Below, piece after piece: positions 1 to 12,011 of a stretch of DNA of 51,475 nt. This stretch comes from Octopus bimaculoides (Eukaryota): NCBI RefSeq assembly GCF_001194135.2, contig NC_068988.1, positions 76,458,541 to 76,510,015 of the forward strand. The letters are read 5' to 3'. Every line of letters starts with the position of its first letter. Within the stretch, counting starts at the first letter, position 1. The position numbers and the translations under genes are program-made. A model generated the notes under the pieces. The model was not told the DNA's origin. It made no database searches and worked only from the letters and a program-made list of their open reading frames with translations.

Positions 1-47
1 TTTGTTTTTTTGTTATTGTTTTTTTTAACTATATATATATATATATA

Positions 48-525
48 TCATCATCATCATCATCATCATCATCATTTAACGTCCACTTTCCATGCTGGCA
101 TGGGTTGGATGGTTTGACTGGGGACTGGTGAACCAGATGGCTGCACCAGGCTCCAATCTGATCTGGCAGAGTTTCTACAGCTGGATGCCCTTCCTAATGC
201 CAACCACTCTGAGAGTGTAGTGGGTGCTTTTACATGCCACCAGCACGAGGGCGAGTCAGGCAATACAGGCAACGGCGTTTTTACATGTCACCTGCACAGG
301 AGCCAGTCCAGTGGCACTGGCAACGCCCTCACTCGAATGCTGTTTTTCATGTACCACCGGCACAAGTGCCAGTAAGGCGATACTGGTAATGATCATGCTT
401 GAATAGTGCTTTTACATGTCACCGGCATGAGGTCAAGTCAGCGGCCCTGGCAACGATTACGCTCAGATGGTGCTCTTAACGCTCCACTAGCACGGGTGCT
501 AGTCATGCGGTGCTGTCACTGAATT
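48..525 (-). mobile_element. RTE-clade LINE 3' UTR/tail fragment with (TGA)n tail
   Basis: (CAT)n then tttaacgtccactttccatgctggcatgggttgg...ggatgcccttcctaatgccaaccac. The same tail is attached to RT-coding fragments at 3281, 34260 and 36830. Confidence 0.8.
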
Positions 526-539
526 TGATTTATATATAT

Positions 540-1858
540 TGTTACGAACGCCCGCGCGGAGCACCTCAACGAAGAGAAAACTCGCGCGTGAACGTCAACG
601 CTCAGTGAGTCGGGATCTTCGCCACTACTAAGCCCAGCCGGAGCACGTAACGATGACAACAGGCAAGGAAGAAATAACACGGACCATGTGTTGCGGAGTG
701 AAACTAACTTTTTTTCTTTACATCACAATACAAAATAATATTGCATAACAATAGTTCAATAACAGTACTTGCTTCTGTAATAAAACATGTAACAATAGCG
801 TTTCCAAGCATTTAACAAAGTTTCAGAACAATTACGAAGTCTATAATCATTTCACATAATCATAAAGTTTACAATCAAAGTTCGTGTCTCAAAAGTCAAT
901 TAAAAGTTCTTTTTCTTCTTTTGTTTTTCTTTTCTTTTAACATGTAACAACAAAGTTCTCTCTTTTCTTTTCTGCCAGTTAACATCACAGTTAACAATAG
1001 TTAACGAAGTTCTTTGCAAAAACATATAACAACGCAAGTACACTTTTCTTTAAAGAAATGCAAACAAACCTTCACCGCAGGAATTTTCTTTCTTTCAAAT
1101 CTCCCACTACAATANNNNNNNNNNNNNNNNNNNNNNNNNNNNNNNNNNNNNNNNNNNNNNNNNNNNNNNNNNNNNNNNNNNNNNNNNNNNNNNNNNNNNN
1201 NNNNNNNNNNNNNNNNNNNNNNNNNNNNNNNNNNNNNNNNNNNNNNNNNNNNNNNNNNNNNNNNNNNNNNNNNNNNNNNNNNNNNNNNNNNNNNNNNNNN
1301 NNNNNNNNNNNNNNNNNNNNNNNNNNNNNNNNNNNNNNNNNNNNNNNNNNNNNNNNNNNNNNNNNNNNNNNNNNNNNNNNNNNNNNNNNNNNNNNNNNNN
1401 NNNNNNNNNNNNNNNNNNNNNNNNNNNNNNNNNNNNTCTGTTCATCTTGCTTCTCTTCACTCACTGCTGGCCTTCACACCGGCTCGCGTTCTTCACCCAC
1501 TGACCGCCTTGATACCAACTGCTCTGTCCATCTGGCTGCCGTATATTTTCGCCAACCGCGCTTACACCAACTGCGATTCCCAAATCTCTGCTACCGTATT
1601 TATGACAGATACCGTACCCAACAGTGCTATGTTACCCCCTCTCCAAAGCTGGGCCAGTTTAGTACAGTTCCTAACTTGTTTTTCTAAACTTTCGATGACC
1701 GGAAAGGGTCAGCGATCACACTCCTACGCTAAAAACAACTGTGCTTGTTGACAGGACAAAGGAAATAGCAATGCCCTGACCAACTAGAAACGGTTTCAAA
1801 CCCAACTCGGGGAATAGGGACATAACGTTATTTTGTTTGTTTATCGGCGTCCGTATCA
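540..1858 (-). mobile_element. Solo LTR, Ty3/Gypsy family (copy A; gap 1115-1436 inside)
   Basis: Termini TGATAC...CGTAACA on the minus strand. ATAT on both flanks (536-539, 1859-1862). Homologous to the LTRs at 4357, 8581 and 13472. Confidence 0.9.
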
Positions 1859-1892
1859 ATATATATATAAGTATGTATATGTATACACACAT

Positions 1893-2036
1893 ATACAACA
1901 GGTTTCTTTCAGTTTCTGTCTACCGAATCCACTCATAAGGATTTGGTCAGCCCAAGGCTATAGCAGAAGACTCTTGTCCAAGGTGTCATGCAGTAGGACT
2001 GAGCCCACAACCATTTTGTTGGGAAGCAGACTTCTT
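1893..2036 (-). mobile_element. tRNA-derived SINE fragment with CORE-like segment
   Basis: Reverse complement resembles the copy at 33288 (accttgggcaagt...gccttgtgagtggatttgg). The CORE assignment is from recall. Confidence 0.65.
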
Positions 2037-2275
2037 ATTTCTTATTTCTTTATTGCCCACAAGGGGCTAAACACAGAGGGGACAAACGAGGACAGACAAA
2101 CGGATTAAGTCGATTATATCGATCCCAGTGCGTAACTGGTACTTAATTTATCGACCCCGAAAGGATGAAAGGCAAAGTCGACCTCGGCGGAATTTGAACT
2201 CAGAACGTAGCGGTAGACGAAATACCGCAAAGCATTTCGCCCGGCGTGCGAACGTTTCTGCCAGCTCGCCGCCTT
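2037..2275 (-). mobile_element. tRNA-derived SINE (Meta-domain-like), well preserved
   Basis: Minus strand ggcggcgagctggcagaaacg...gttctgagttcaaattccgccgaggtcgactttgcctttcatcctttcggggtcgataaattaagtaccag, with a B-box-like GTTCAAATT. Paralogs at 23270, 27545 and 47417. Confidence 0.8.
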
Positions 2276-2879
2276 CTTACTACACAGCTGCACTTGTGCC
2301 TATAGTTATCATTTACAGTTTCCAGACTTAAATATTTTAAAGAAAACCTTTAATCAATGCAGGTTAGAAGTTAGGCAAAATATGGATTGTGATGCCAATA
2401 AATAATGACAAAGACAAGATACTGTATCACTTTGCAAAGATTGCTTAATGCTTTTGTTATATTCCAGGAAAGATTCCCTATATCAAATATAACATAGAAA
2501 ATAATCTAAGTGCCTGGAGAAGTATGATAGCGAGCTATTTTGGAGTATTTGTGTGTGCATGTATGTATCGTTTGTGTATATTTTCCTTCATAAAATTTAA
2601 GCCAGTATCAAACAGTTGTTCAGATTATCCCATTCAGAATAAGCATGAATATTTGTCTTTCAGTTCAAATACTTTTACTATTTCTAAAATGCATTGAAAG
2701 TAAAACCACTTATTGGGAACCTTTGTATTAAAGAAGCAAGTATCTCAAGGAATATCTTTTAAGAGATTTACTAAAGAATTATAGCACTTAAGAATCATTA
2801 ATGATCTATTTATTGATAAATTACATCATTAAATATAGATCAACCATACATACCTGCATATAACATATATATAACTAGC

Positions 2880-3190
2880 ACTCTGTCAGTTACAACGATG
2901 AAAGTTTCATCTGATCTGATTAACAGAACAGCCTGCTCAGAAAATTAATGTGCAAATGGCTGAGCACTCCACAGACATGTGTATCCTTAATGTTGTTCTC
3001 GGGGAGATTCAGAGTGACACAAAATGAGATGCATTGAAATACAGATACTACTAATTTTTGCAGCTGGGTGGACTGGAGCAACATAAAATTAAGTGTCTTG
3101 CTCAAGGTTACTACACATCATCAGGAATTGAACTCACAACCTTATGATCATGAGCTGAATACCCTAACCACTAAGCCACGTGCCTTCACA
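2880..3190 (-). mobile_element. tRNA-derived SINE, second family
   Basis: Head gtggcttagtggttagggtattc...gtgagttcaattcc (A/B boxes). Paralogs at 27030 (+) and 28960 (-). Confidence 0.75.
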
Positions 3191-3280
3191 TCATATATAT
3201 AAACAACTTACATATATACGTATACACAAGCATATGCATACACCAACATATGTATAAATAGGTGCTGATAAATATATATA

Positions 3281-4356
3281 TCATCATCATAATCATCGTC
3301 GTTTAACGTCCCTTGTCCATGCTGGCATGGGTTGAACGGTTTGACTGCGGTCTGGAGATCCAGCAGCTGCACCAGGCTCCAATCTGATCTGGCAATATTT
3401 TTACAGTTGGATGCCCTTCCTAACGCCAACCACTCTAAGATTGTAGTGAGTGCTTTTTACATAGCACTGGCACAGGAGCCAGTCAGGCAGGCCTGGCATC
3501 ATTCACATTCGGATAGTGCTTTTTTATGTGCCAGGGGGAACTGGCATCAGCCACGTTCAGATGGTGCTTTTTACACAGCTACGATTTGGGGTTTATTTGA
3601 CTCAACATATCTTTTCAAGCATATCATATCGCCTGATGCAACAAGGGTACTCTTAAATGGGCTGGACATGCAACACTGGCATCAGCCATGACTGCAATCT
3701 CACTTTAGTTGCCAGGTGTTCTCAATCACAGCATATCTCTAAAGATCTGTCTCCTGTCATTGTCTATGTGAGGCCCAACATTTGAAGGTTATGCTTCACC
3801 ATATCATCCCATGTCTTCCTGGGACTACCTCTTTCACAAGTTCCTTCCATAGTGCAGTCGTCTCTCTTGCACTCTACATTTGATGCTTCTTATGTCCAAC
3901 TTTTCTCTCAGGGTGCTCACACACTGTCGTGTATGCACACTGATATTACACATCCAGTGGATCATACAAGCTTCATTTCTTTCAAGTCTACGCATGTCCT
4001 CAGCAGTTATGGCCCATGTTTCACTGCCGTGTAGCATGGTGGTTCACACACATGCATCATACAGTCTACCGTTCATCCTGAGTGAGAGGCCCTTAGTTAC
4101 CAGCAGAGGCTGGAGCTCTCTGAACTTTGCCCAAGCTATTCTTATTCTAACTGCTATACTCTCAGAGTAACCACTCCCACTACAGACTTAGTCGCCTAGG
4201 TAACGGAAGCGATCATTTACTTCTAATTTTTTCCCCTGGCATATGATGGAATCTGTTTTCTGTACGTCTTCAGTGTTTATTGCTCCTATGCATCTGCCAC
4301 ACACAAAAACTATCTTTCAGTTTAACTTTCCTTTGATATTGCTGCACATTTTTTAT
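3281..4356 (-). mobile_element. RTE LINE, 3' part (RT C-terminus + 3' UTR), split by an LTR provirus
   Basis: ORF 3834-4037 MLHGSETWAITAEDMRRLERNE. (CAT)n tail at 3281. Continues at 9694. Confidence 0.85.
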
Positions 4357-5956
4357 TGTTACGAACGCCCGCACGAGACCTCAACGAAGAGAAAAATCCG
4401 CGCGCGCGCGTACGAACGACGAACTCTCAGTGAATCAGGATGTCGGCCACTAAGCCCCGGTGGAGCATGTAACGATGATAACAGAAAGAAGAAATAACAC
4501 AGACCATACGTTGCGTAGTCAAACTAACATTTTTTTTTCAAAACTAAACAAAACAACATTCCGTAACAGTAATTCATGCTTTTGAAATAACACATGTAAC
4601 ATTTAACAATAGTTTCCAAACAATTACAAAGTTTACAATCAAGAGTCATTAAAAGTTGTTTTGCTTCTTTGGTTTTCTTTTCTGTTAAAACATGTAACAA
4701 CAAAGTTCTCTCTTTACAATTAACAAGAGTTCTCTCTTTTTCTTTTTCTTTCTTTTCTTCACAAAAACATATAACAACGCAAGTACATTTTTCTTTAAAA
4801 ATATAAGGAAACATTTACCGTAACAAATTACTTCCTTCAAATCTCCTACTACATCGACAAGAACTGACCAATACAGCCCACTACAATCTGCCACTCACTT
4901 TTGCCTGCCACAACAGTTCCATCTCTCTGTCCGTCTCTCTCAGACTCTGTCCATTTCTGCTGAGTGGTACCTTCTGTCCATAACCTCTCTCTCTCAGCCT
5001 CTTTCTGTCAGTCTCAATCACTGACCATTCTGTCCATCTTCACTGACCGCTGCTGTCACATCCTCGTTCTTCACCGGCTGCTGTTCCCGACCCACTGACC
5101 GCCTGTACACCAACTGCGATTCCAAATCTATGCTCCCGAATTTATGACAGATAATCAGCCAGAAAGATCGGCATACCGTAGCTCACAGTGCTGCGTTCCC
5201 CCTCCAAAGCTGGGTCAGTTTCGTACAGTTCCTATTTGCTTTTTAAACTTTCAATGACCGGAAAGGGTCAGAGATCACATTCCTACGCTATAAAAAACCG
5301 AATAGGAACTNNNNNNNNNNNNNNNNNNNNNNNNNNNNNNNNNNNNNNNNNNNNNNNNNNNNNNNNNNNNNNNNNNNNNNNNNNNNNNNNNNNNNNNNNN
5401 NNNNNNNNNNNNNNNNNNNNNNNNNNNNNNNNNNNNNNNNNNNNNNNNNNNNNNNNNNNNNNNNNNNNNNNNNNNNNNNNNNNNNNNNNNNNNNNNNNNN
5501 NNNNNNNNNNNNNNNNNNNNNNNNNNNNNNNNNNNNNNNNNNNNNNNNNNNNNNNNNNNNNNNNNNNNNNNNNNNNNNNNNNNNNNNNNNNNNNNNNNNN
5601 NNNNNNNNNNNNNNNNNNNNNNNNNNNNNNNNNNNNNNNNNNNNNNNNNNNNNNNNNNNNNNNNNNNNNNNNNNNNNNNNNNNNNNNNNNNNNNNNNNNN
5701 NNNNNNNNNNNNNNNNNNNNNNNNNNNNNNNNNNNNNNNNNNNNNNNNNNNNNNNNNNNNNNNNNNNNNNNNNNNNNNNNNNNNNNNNNNNNNNNNNNNN
5801 NNNNNNNNNNNNNNNNNNNNNNNNNNNNNNNNNNNNNNNNNNNNNNNNNNNNNNNNNNNNNNNNNNNNNNNNNNNNNNNNNNNNNNNNNNNNNNNNNNNN
5901 NNNNNNNNNNNNNNNNNNNNNNNNNNNNNNNNNNNNNNNNNNNNNNNNNNNNNNNN

Positions 5957-6434
5957 TATAACAAGAATCACGGCCCGGCATCGATGCCACGACATCACAA
6001 CTAGTGATAAGCTCTGCCACACTCAGCCTCCTCACTTTCACATACAGAACTTTTCCTATAGTGTACTAAAGAACTGGTATAAAATGCTCACGTGTTGTTG
6101 ACTCTTTTTCTATCTGCTGTAAACACTCATACACATACATACTTTTCTTTGTACGACGGCCTGTCTTTGATAATGTTCTTATATGTCGCATTCACACTCT
6201 CACACAGACATACATCTTTAACGCTACAATAAATATCTCTGTTATTCATCTAATACGGTTGTGGTCTTTCATTACTGGTCATCTATGTTATCGTCGTATA
6301 ACATATCATGTATATCATCTTTGATATATATAATGTTGTGTTCGACCGTGTGACACGTTTAAATAAAAGGAGTCCTCTGTTTTTCCATTCGTCACCATTT
6401 CTCCTTTTATAAGTTCACACGGTCGTTCCTTACA
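5957..6434 (-). mobile_element. Unrelated probable LTR nested in the 3' LTR (other end in gap 5311-5956)
   Basis: Not homologous to the host LTR. Starts TGTAAGGAACG on the minus strand. Host LTR resumes at 6435 (taacgttattttt...gtatca). Confidence 0.5.
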
Positions 6435-6467
6435 TAACGTTATTTTTATTTATCGGCGGTTGTATCA

Positions 6468-6480
6468 CTACCCCTTCCCT
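6468..6480 (-). promoter_or_regulatory. Polypurine tract
   Basis: AGGGAAGGGGTAG directly before the TGATAC start of the 3' LTR. Confidence 0.85.
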
Positions 6481-6644
6481 AGATCTTTGTCGTCCCGACA
6501 AAAGCAAACAACATTTCTAACTCCTTCTTCGATGCTTCTTTGCTTTTTTTCTTGGTGTGTAGTGATTTCGACTCTTCTGCATTTCTCCATGCTGTCAATT
6601 TCCCGGATGACACATATCCAGTCACCGTCGTACGTTTGCACTTT

Positions 6645-7320
6645 TTACTGTGCTCTTCTCTTCCTGCACAATACAACTGACCCTGCCGCTGGTCCACTGC
6701 TTGGCACAGTCCCTCTACAAATCTTCTGTGTCACTGACGAAAAATTGGCTGCTATAACCAGCACTTCATCAGCTCCTGCTTCTACCAGGGTTCTTCCGAC
6801 CGTCACTCCAGCTTTCATCTTGCCTCGTCTGTTGGGCTCCATCAGCCCCAGACAGCCATCAATCGGGTGGCTCACACGACACTGGAGCAGCTTTCCCGAC
6901 CTCGGTGGTATTACCGTCGTCCGTAGCGCTCTTACCTCACTACCTGGCTTGGTCCGTTTTACCACCTTAACAGGGACTGATCTTCCCTGCACCTAAAGCT
7001 TCATTAAACGCAAGTCCAGCTGACAAGCCATCGACGTCATATAGTCCAATCCTAAAATACATGGATCCTCCATCTCCACCACATAAACAGGAAGCACAAC
7101 TTCTAGTCCGGCAACATCGATCCGGACATTTACCGGCCCTCTCAGCTCAGTACAATGTCCGGTTACACCACACAACTGCTACGATGACTCTGGCAGGTCT
7201 AGATCCTGCAACACATCGGATCTCACAAAAGTCTGTCCCGAGGCCGAATCAATCACCAGAGAACACGTCCGGCCGTTAACTTTTCCACTCACTCTTATTC
7301 TGTCCATCATGGACCCTGCG
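6645..7320 (-). pseudogene. Retrotransposon aspartic protease plus post-protease linker, with stops
   Basis: RVSGKVNGRTCSLVIDSASGQTFV...PCILGLDYM, then TTVIPPRSG...VTVGRTLV...ANFSSVTQKICRGTV, typical of the Gypsy pol N-terminus. Confidence 0.75.
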
Positions 7321-7499
7321 CACCGTCTTGAGTGTGGGGCTTTTTTGGAACGTCCGGCTGATGGTTGCCCCTTAACACCAGCTCCTCTTAGTTTTCCGAC
7401 TCTTTATTTCTTGTTGGGCAGTCGTAGCTCATGTGTCCCTTTTTTCTACAAGTCCAGCACTCGCCCTTAAAAACAGACCCTGCTCTACCGTTTTGTTTC

Positions 7500-8548
7500 T
7501 CTCTCCTCAAGCTGTAACAATCCTGCCGCTTGTGCCCATGTCTCCCACAGTGTCAGCAACACACACCAGTCATCTCTTCCTTCCGCTCACTAGGTCCATG
7601 ACTATTTCCAAGTCCTTCATCTTCGCGGACTTTTCCTCTCCTTGCCTGAAATCCGGAGCTGCCACTCACCCAGAAATTTCCGGTGCTAGATTTGACATAG
7701 GACTCGAATTCCAGAGCCCTAGCCAGCGCCTTTTGCATTGTACCTGGCCGCGTCTGCTTCACCTGGACCTTAAGATCTACACTGTCCAGCGCATCTATGA
7801 ATTGCTCCTTCAAAAGAAGAGACAATAGGTCGGGGATCGCTGTCGGGAATGCTTTGTGCACCGTGCTTTCTAAGTCCTGGGCAAGCTGCTGTAGGGGCTC
7901 CCCTTTAGCCCTAAAACGTGCCCTGTACATTTCACTCTGTCACATAGTGCCGTACTTCCTCTCGAGAACTTCAACTAGCGCCGAGTAACGATTTTTGTCT
8001 GCTTTCGACAGCTGGCCCAGTACCTCCAGTGCAGGACCTTTCAAACTAGTGGCAAGCTGAACGGCTCTTTGCCCCTCGTCCCAGTCGTTTTTGTCGGCCA
8101 ACATCTCAAACTGAATCCGGTAGGCCTCACAAGACACTTTGCCATCGAATTCCTGTGGCTTCTTCCTAATGGAGACCACACCGCTACTTTGAACTCCAGG
8201 AGACCCGCATCCAGACGTCGGAGCATTACAAGATGACGCAGCAACAGCAACTACTTCGGATTTAGCAACCCCAGGCTCGGCAGCACAAAATTTCTCAACG
8301 CGCTCCATTCTCTTGTTAAGCCTTTCCATCTGCTGCTTGCACCATGCGACATCATCACTCACTCCACGGAACTCCTCCTTAAACTGCCAGTGATCTTCCT
8401 GCAACCTCTGTTGCTCTTTTCTGAGTTCAGTGAAGCTCTGCTTCTGCTCTTCCAACATCCTCACAATTGTGGCCAGGGATATCTCTTCCTTCCTTGCCTG
8501 GCCCTTCGTACGCGCTCCTTCCAAGGCTATAACAGACAACCGACTCAC
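7500..8548 (-). pseudogene. gag: Gag (capsid-like region + CCHC knuckle), disrupted
   Basis: PQEFDGKVSCEAYRIQFEMLADKNDWDE...LATSLKGPALEVL and LKEQFIDAL. Knuckle C*HCGRHGHKRQDC at 7517-7558 contains a stop. Confidence 0.85.
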
Positions 8549-8559
8549 TGCAGCAACTT

Positions 8560-8578
8560 AATCCCGCTTCTGATACCA
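8560..8578 (-). promoter_or_regulatory. Primer-binding site, tRNA-Leu(CAA)-like
   Basis: TGGTATCAGAAGCGGGATT, 2 nt after the 5' LTR. Matches the complement of the tRNA-Leu 3' end (TGGTGTCAGAAGTGGGATT) at 17 of 19. Confidence 0.75.
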
Positions 8579-9693
8579 GTTGTTACGAACGCCCGCACGA
8601 GACCTCAACGAAGGGAAAAATCCGCGCGTGCGAACGACGAATGCTCAGTGAATCAGGATGTCGGCCACTAAGCCCCGGTGGAGCATGTAACGATGACAAC
8701 AGAAATAAGAAATAATACAGACCATACGTTGCGTAGTCAAACTAACTTTTTTTTCAAAACTAAGCAAAACAACATTCCGTAACAATAATTCATGCTTTTG
8801 GAATAACACATGTAACATTTAACAATAGTTTCCAAACAATTACAAAGTTTACAATCAAGAGTCATTAAAAGTTCTTTTAAAACATATAACAACAAAGTTC
8901 TCTTTTCTTTTCAACTAGTTAACATCACAATTAACAAGAGTTCTTTCTTTTTCTTTTTCTTTCTTTTCTTCACAAAAACATATAACAACGCAAATACATT
9001 TTTCTTCAAAAATATAAGCATACATTTACCGTAACAAATTACTTCCTTCAAAACTCCCACTACATCGACAAGAACTGACCAATGCAGCCCACTACAATCT
9101 GCCATTCACTTTTGCCTGCCACAACAGTTCCATCTCTTTGTCCCTCTCTCTCAGACTCTATCTATTTCTGCTGAGTGGTACCTTCTGTCCATAGCCTCTC
9201 TCTCTCTCAGCCTCTTTCTGTCAGTCTCTATCACTGACCATTCTGTCCATCTTCACTGACCGCTACTGTCATATACTCGTTCTTCACCGGCTGCTGTTCC
9301 CGACCCACTGACCGCCTGTACACCAACTGCGATTCCAAATCTATGCTCCCGAATTTATGACAGATAATCAGCCAGAAAGATCGNNNNNNNNNNNNNNNNN
9401 NNNNNNNNNNNNNNNNNNNNNNNNNNNNNNNNNNNNNNNNNNNNNNNNNNATACCGTAGCTCACAGTGCCGCGTTCCCCCTCCAAAGCTGGGTCAGTTTC
9501 GTACAGTTCCTATTTGCTTTTTAAACTTTCGATGACTGGAAAGGGTCAGAGATCACATTCCTACGCTATAAATAACCGTGCTCGTTGACAGGACAAAGGA
9601 AATACCATAGTCCTGAACAACCAGAATACGGTTTCAAACTCAGCTCGTGGAATAGGAACATAACGTTATTTTTGTTTATAGGCGGTTGTATCA

Positions 9694-10570
9694 ATATGTC
9701 CATAGCTTACAGTGTTTCTACCCACGCCTTTTCTACAGATCAAGCAGGGCCATCTACCTGAAGCGGGTTATGATTTGTCAACCTTCCAACTTACTAAGAC
9801 TTCGGTTTTTGCAAGGTTCACCCTAAGGCCCTTTGATTCTAGACCTTGCTTCCACACCTGAAACTTCGTCTCTAGTTCTGGCAATGACTCGGCTATTAGA
9901 GCAAGGTCATCAGCATAGAGGAGCTCCCAGAGGCAGCCTCTTTTGGATTTCTCTGTTATTGCCTGGTGGACTACGATGAATTAGAGGGGGGCTGAGGACT
10001 GATCCTTGATGAAACCCTACTTCTACCAGGAATTCTTTTCTATACTCATTGCCAACCCTCACCTTGCTGACAGCATCCCTGTACAGGGCTTATACAGCTC
10101 TTACCAAACACTCGTCTATCCCCAATTTCTGCATTGACCACCAGATAAGGGATTGGGGGACCCTTTCAAAGGCTTTCTCCAAGTCAACAAAAGCCATGTA
10201 CAGAGGTTTATATTTGGCTAAATATTTCTTCAGTAGTTGCCTGTAATATAGCATCAGTGGTGCTTCTGCCTGGCACAAAACCAAACTGTATCTCATCTAG
10301 GCTAACGCTCTACCTAATTAGTTGGGTTATGATCTTCTCTGTAACTTTCATAACATGATCCAATAATTGGATATCTCTGTAGTTATTTCTATCTAAAGCA
10401 TCACTTTTACCTTTGTAGCAGTTGACTATGTTACTGTTACACCAGTCATTGGGCATGACTCCTTCATGAACTACCTGATTTATGATATTTTACGTATCAC
10501 ATTGCTCTTTAAGTATCTCAGCAGTGACTCCTGATGGACCAGGTGCTTTCCCTGTCTTCATAAGGCCTCT
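9694..10570 (-). mobile_element. RTE LINE, RT region (continuation of 3281-4356), 5' truncated
   Basis: YLAKYKPLYMAFVDLEKAFERVP...LGIDECLVRAV. Joins collinearly to 4356 once the provirus is removed. Confidence 0.85.
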
Positions 10571-10803
10571 AAATTAATTATGGTGAAATATAAGTTAGAT
10601 AATAAAACTAAACCTTATATACCTATGCACCCTAGAATTACTTTAAAAGACCACAAAGATAATTTTTATTCTGACCCAAATGTTAGACTTATTTGTCCAT
10701 GTAGATCAGATCTAGGTAAATTAAGTAAGATCGTTTTAGATAAATATATTAATAGATTAAATGAAATTAATTACCTTAAACTTTGGAATAGTACTAATAA
10801 TAC

Positions 10804-12011
10804 TGATGCGACCACCGAAAATACAGTTGGCATTATATCCCTATCTCCCGGGCTGGGTTTTGAACCCGTACTCTGGTCAGTTGGGGACAATGGTATTTCC
10901 TTTGTCTCGTCGGCAACCACAGCTATTTTTAGCGTAGCTGCCCCCTTTCCGGTCACCGAAAGTTCAGCAGGACAGGAATTGGTGNNNNNNNNNNNNNNNN
11001 NNNNNNNNNNNNNNNNNNNNNNNNNNNNNNNNNNNNNNNNNNNNNNNNNNNNNNNNNNNNNNNNNNNNNNNNNNNNNNNNNNNNNNNNNNNNNNNNNNNN
11101 NNNNNNNNNNNNNNNNNNNNNNNNNNNNNNNNNNNNNNNNNNNNNNNNNNNNNNNNNNNNNNNNNNNNNNNNNNNNNNNNNNNNNNNNNNNNNNNNNNNN
11201 NNNNNNNNNNNNNNNNNNNNNNNNNNNNNNNNNNNNNNNNNNNNNNNNNNNNNNNNNNNNNNNNNNNNNNNNNNNNNNNNNNNNNNNNNNNNNNNNNNNN
11301 NNNNNNNNNNNNNNNNNNNNNNNNNNNNNNNNNNNNNNNNNNNNNNNNNNNNNNNNNNNNNNNNNNNNNNNNNNNNNNNNNNNNNNNNNNNNNNNNNNNN
11401 NNNNNNNNNNNNNNNNNNNNNNNNNNNNNNNNNNNNNNNNNNNNNNNNNNNNNNNNNNNNNNNNNNNNNNNNNNNNNNNNNNNNNNNNNNNNNNNNNNNN
11501 NNNNNNNNNNNNNNNNNNNNNNNNNNNNNNNNNNNNNNNNNNNNNNNNNNNNNNNNNNNNNNNNNNNNNNNNNNNNNNNNNNNNNNNNNNNNNNNNNNNA
11601 AAGAAAGAAGCAGAAGAACTTTGTTGTTAAATGAAACTCTAGACACGAACTTTGCGATGTAAAAATGATTGAAAAGCTTGTAATTGTTTGGAAACTTTGT
11701 CAACGTTATTGAACTGTCATGCCATGTATTGGAATTGTTATTATGTAATGCTCTATTCTAATGTTTTAAATGTATTCTGTGATGTTATGTATGTAAAAAG
11801 AAAAGGTTACCCAACGCATGGTCTTCGTGTTGTTTCTTCCTCCCCTCCTTTTGCCTGTGTTGTTCTTCGTTACGTGCTCCAGCCGGGGCTTTATTATCGG
11901 TCAGGTGACCGACAGACGAGTTGCTAGCTCACTGAGCGTATGAGCGTTCGCGCGCGCGCGTGTCCCCTCTTCGGTATTAAGGAGGTGCTTCGCGTGCGGG
12001 CGTTCGTAACA
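10804..12011 (+). mobile_element. Solo LTR (copy D, diverged subfamily; gap 10985-11599)
   Basis: TGATGC...CGTTCGTAACA. Perfect ATAC TSD (10800-10803, 12012-12015). Confidence 0.85.

Larger units (their letters stand above)
4357..9693 (-). mobile_element. Ty3/Gypsy LTR retrotransposon, non-autonomous (gag + protease, no RT/RNase H/integrase)
   Basis: 3' LTR 4357-6467, PPT 6468-6480, internal region 6468-8580, PBS 8560-8578, 5' LTR 8581-9693. Flanks TTAT/ATAT (3 of 4 match). Confidence 0.9.

Noticed and set aside
7553-8548. Gag as a domesticated host gene
   Set aside because: It has a frameshift, a stop in the zinc knuckle, and sits between LTRs.
9384-9450. Apparent 67-bp insertion in the 5' LTR
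   Set aside because: The sister LTR has only 2 bp (gc) between the same flanks, so the gap size is probably overestimated.
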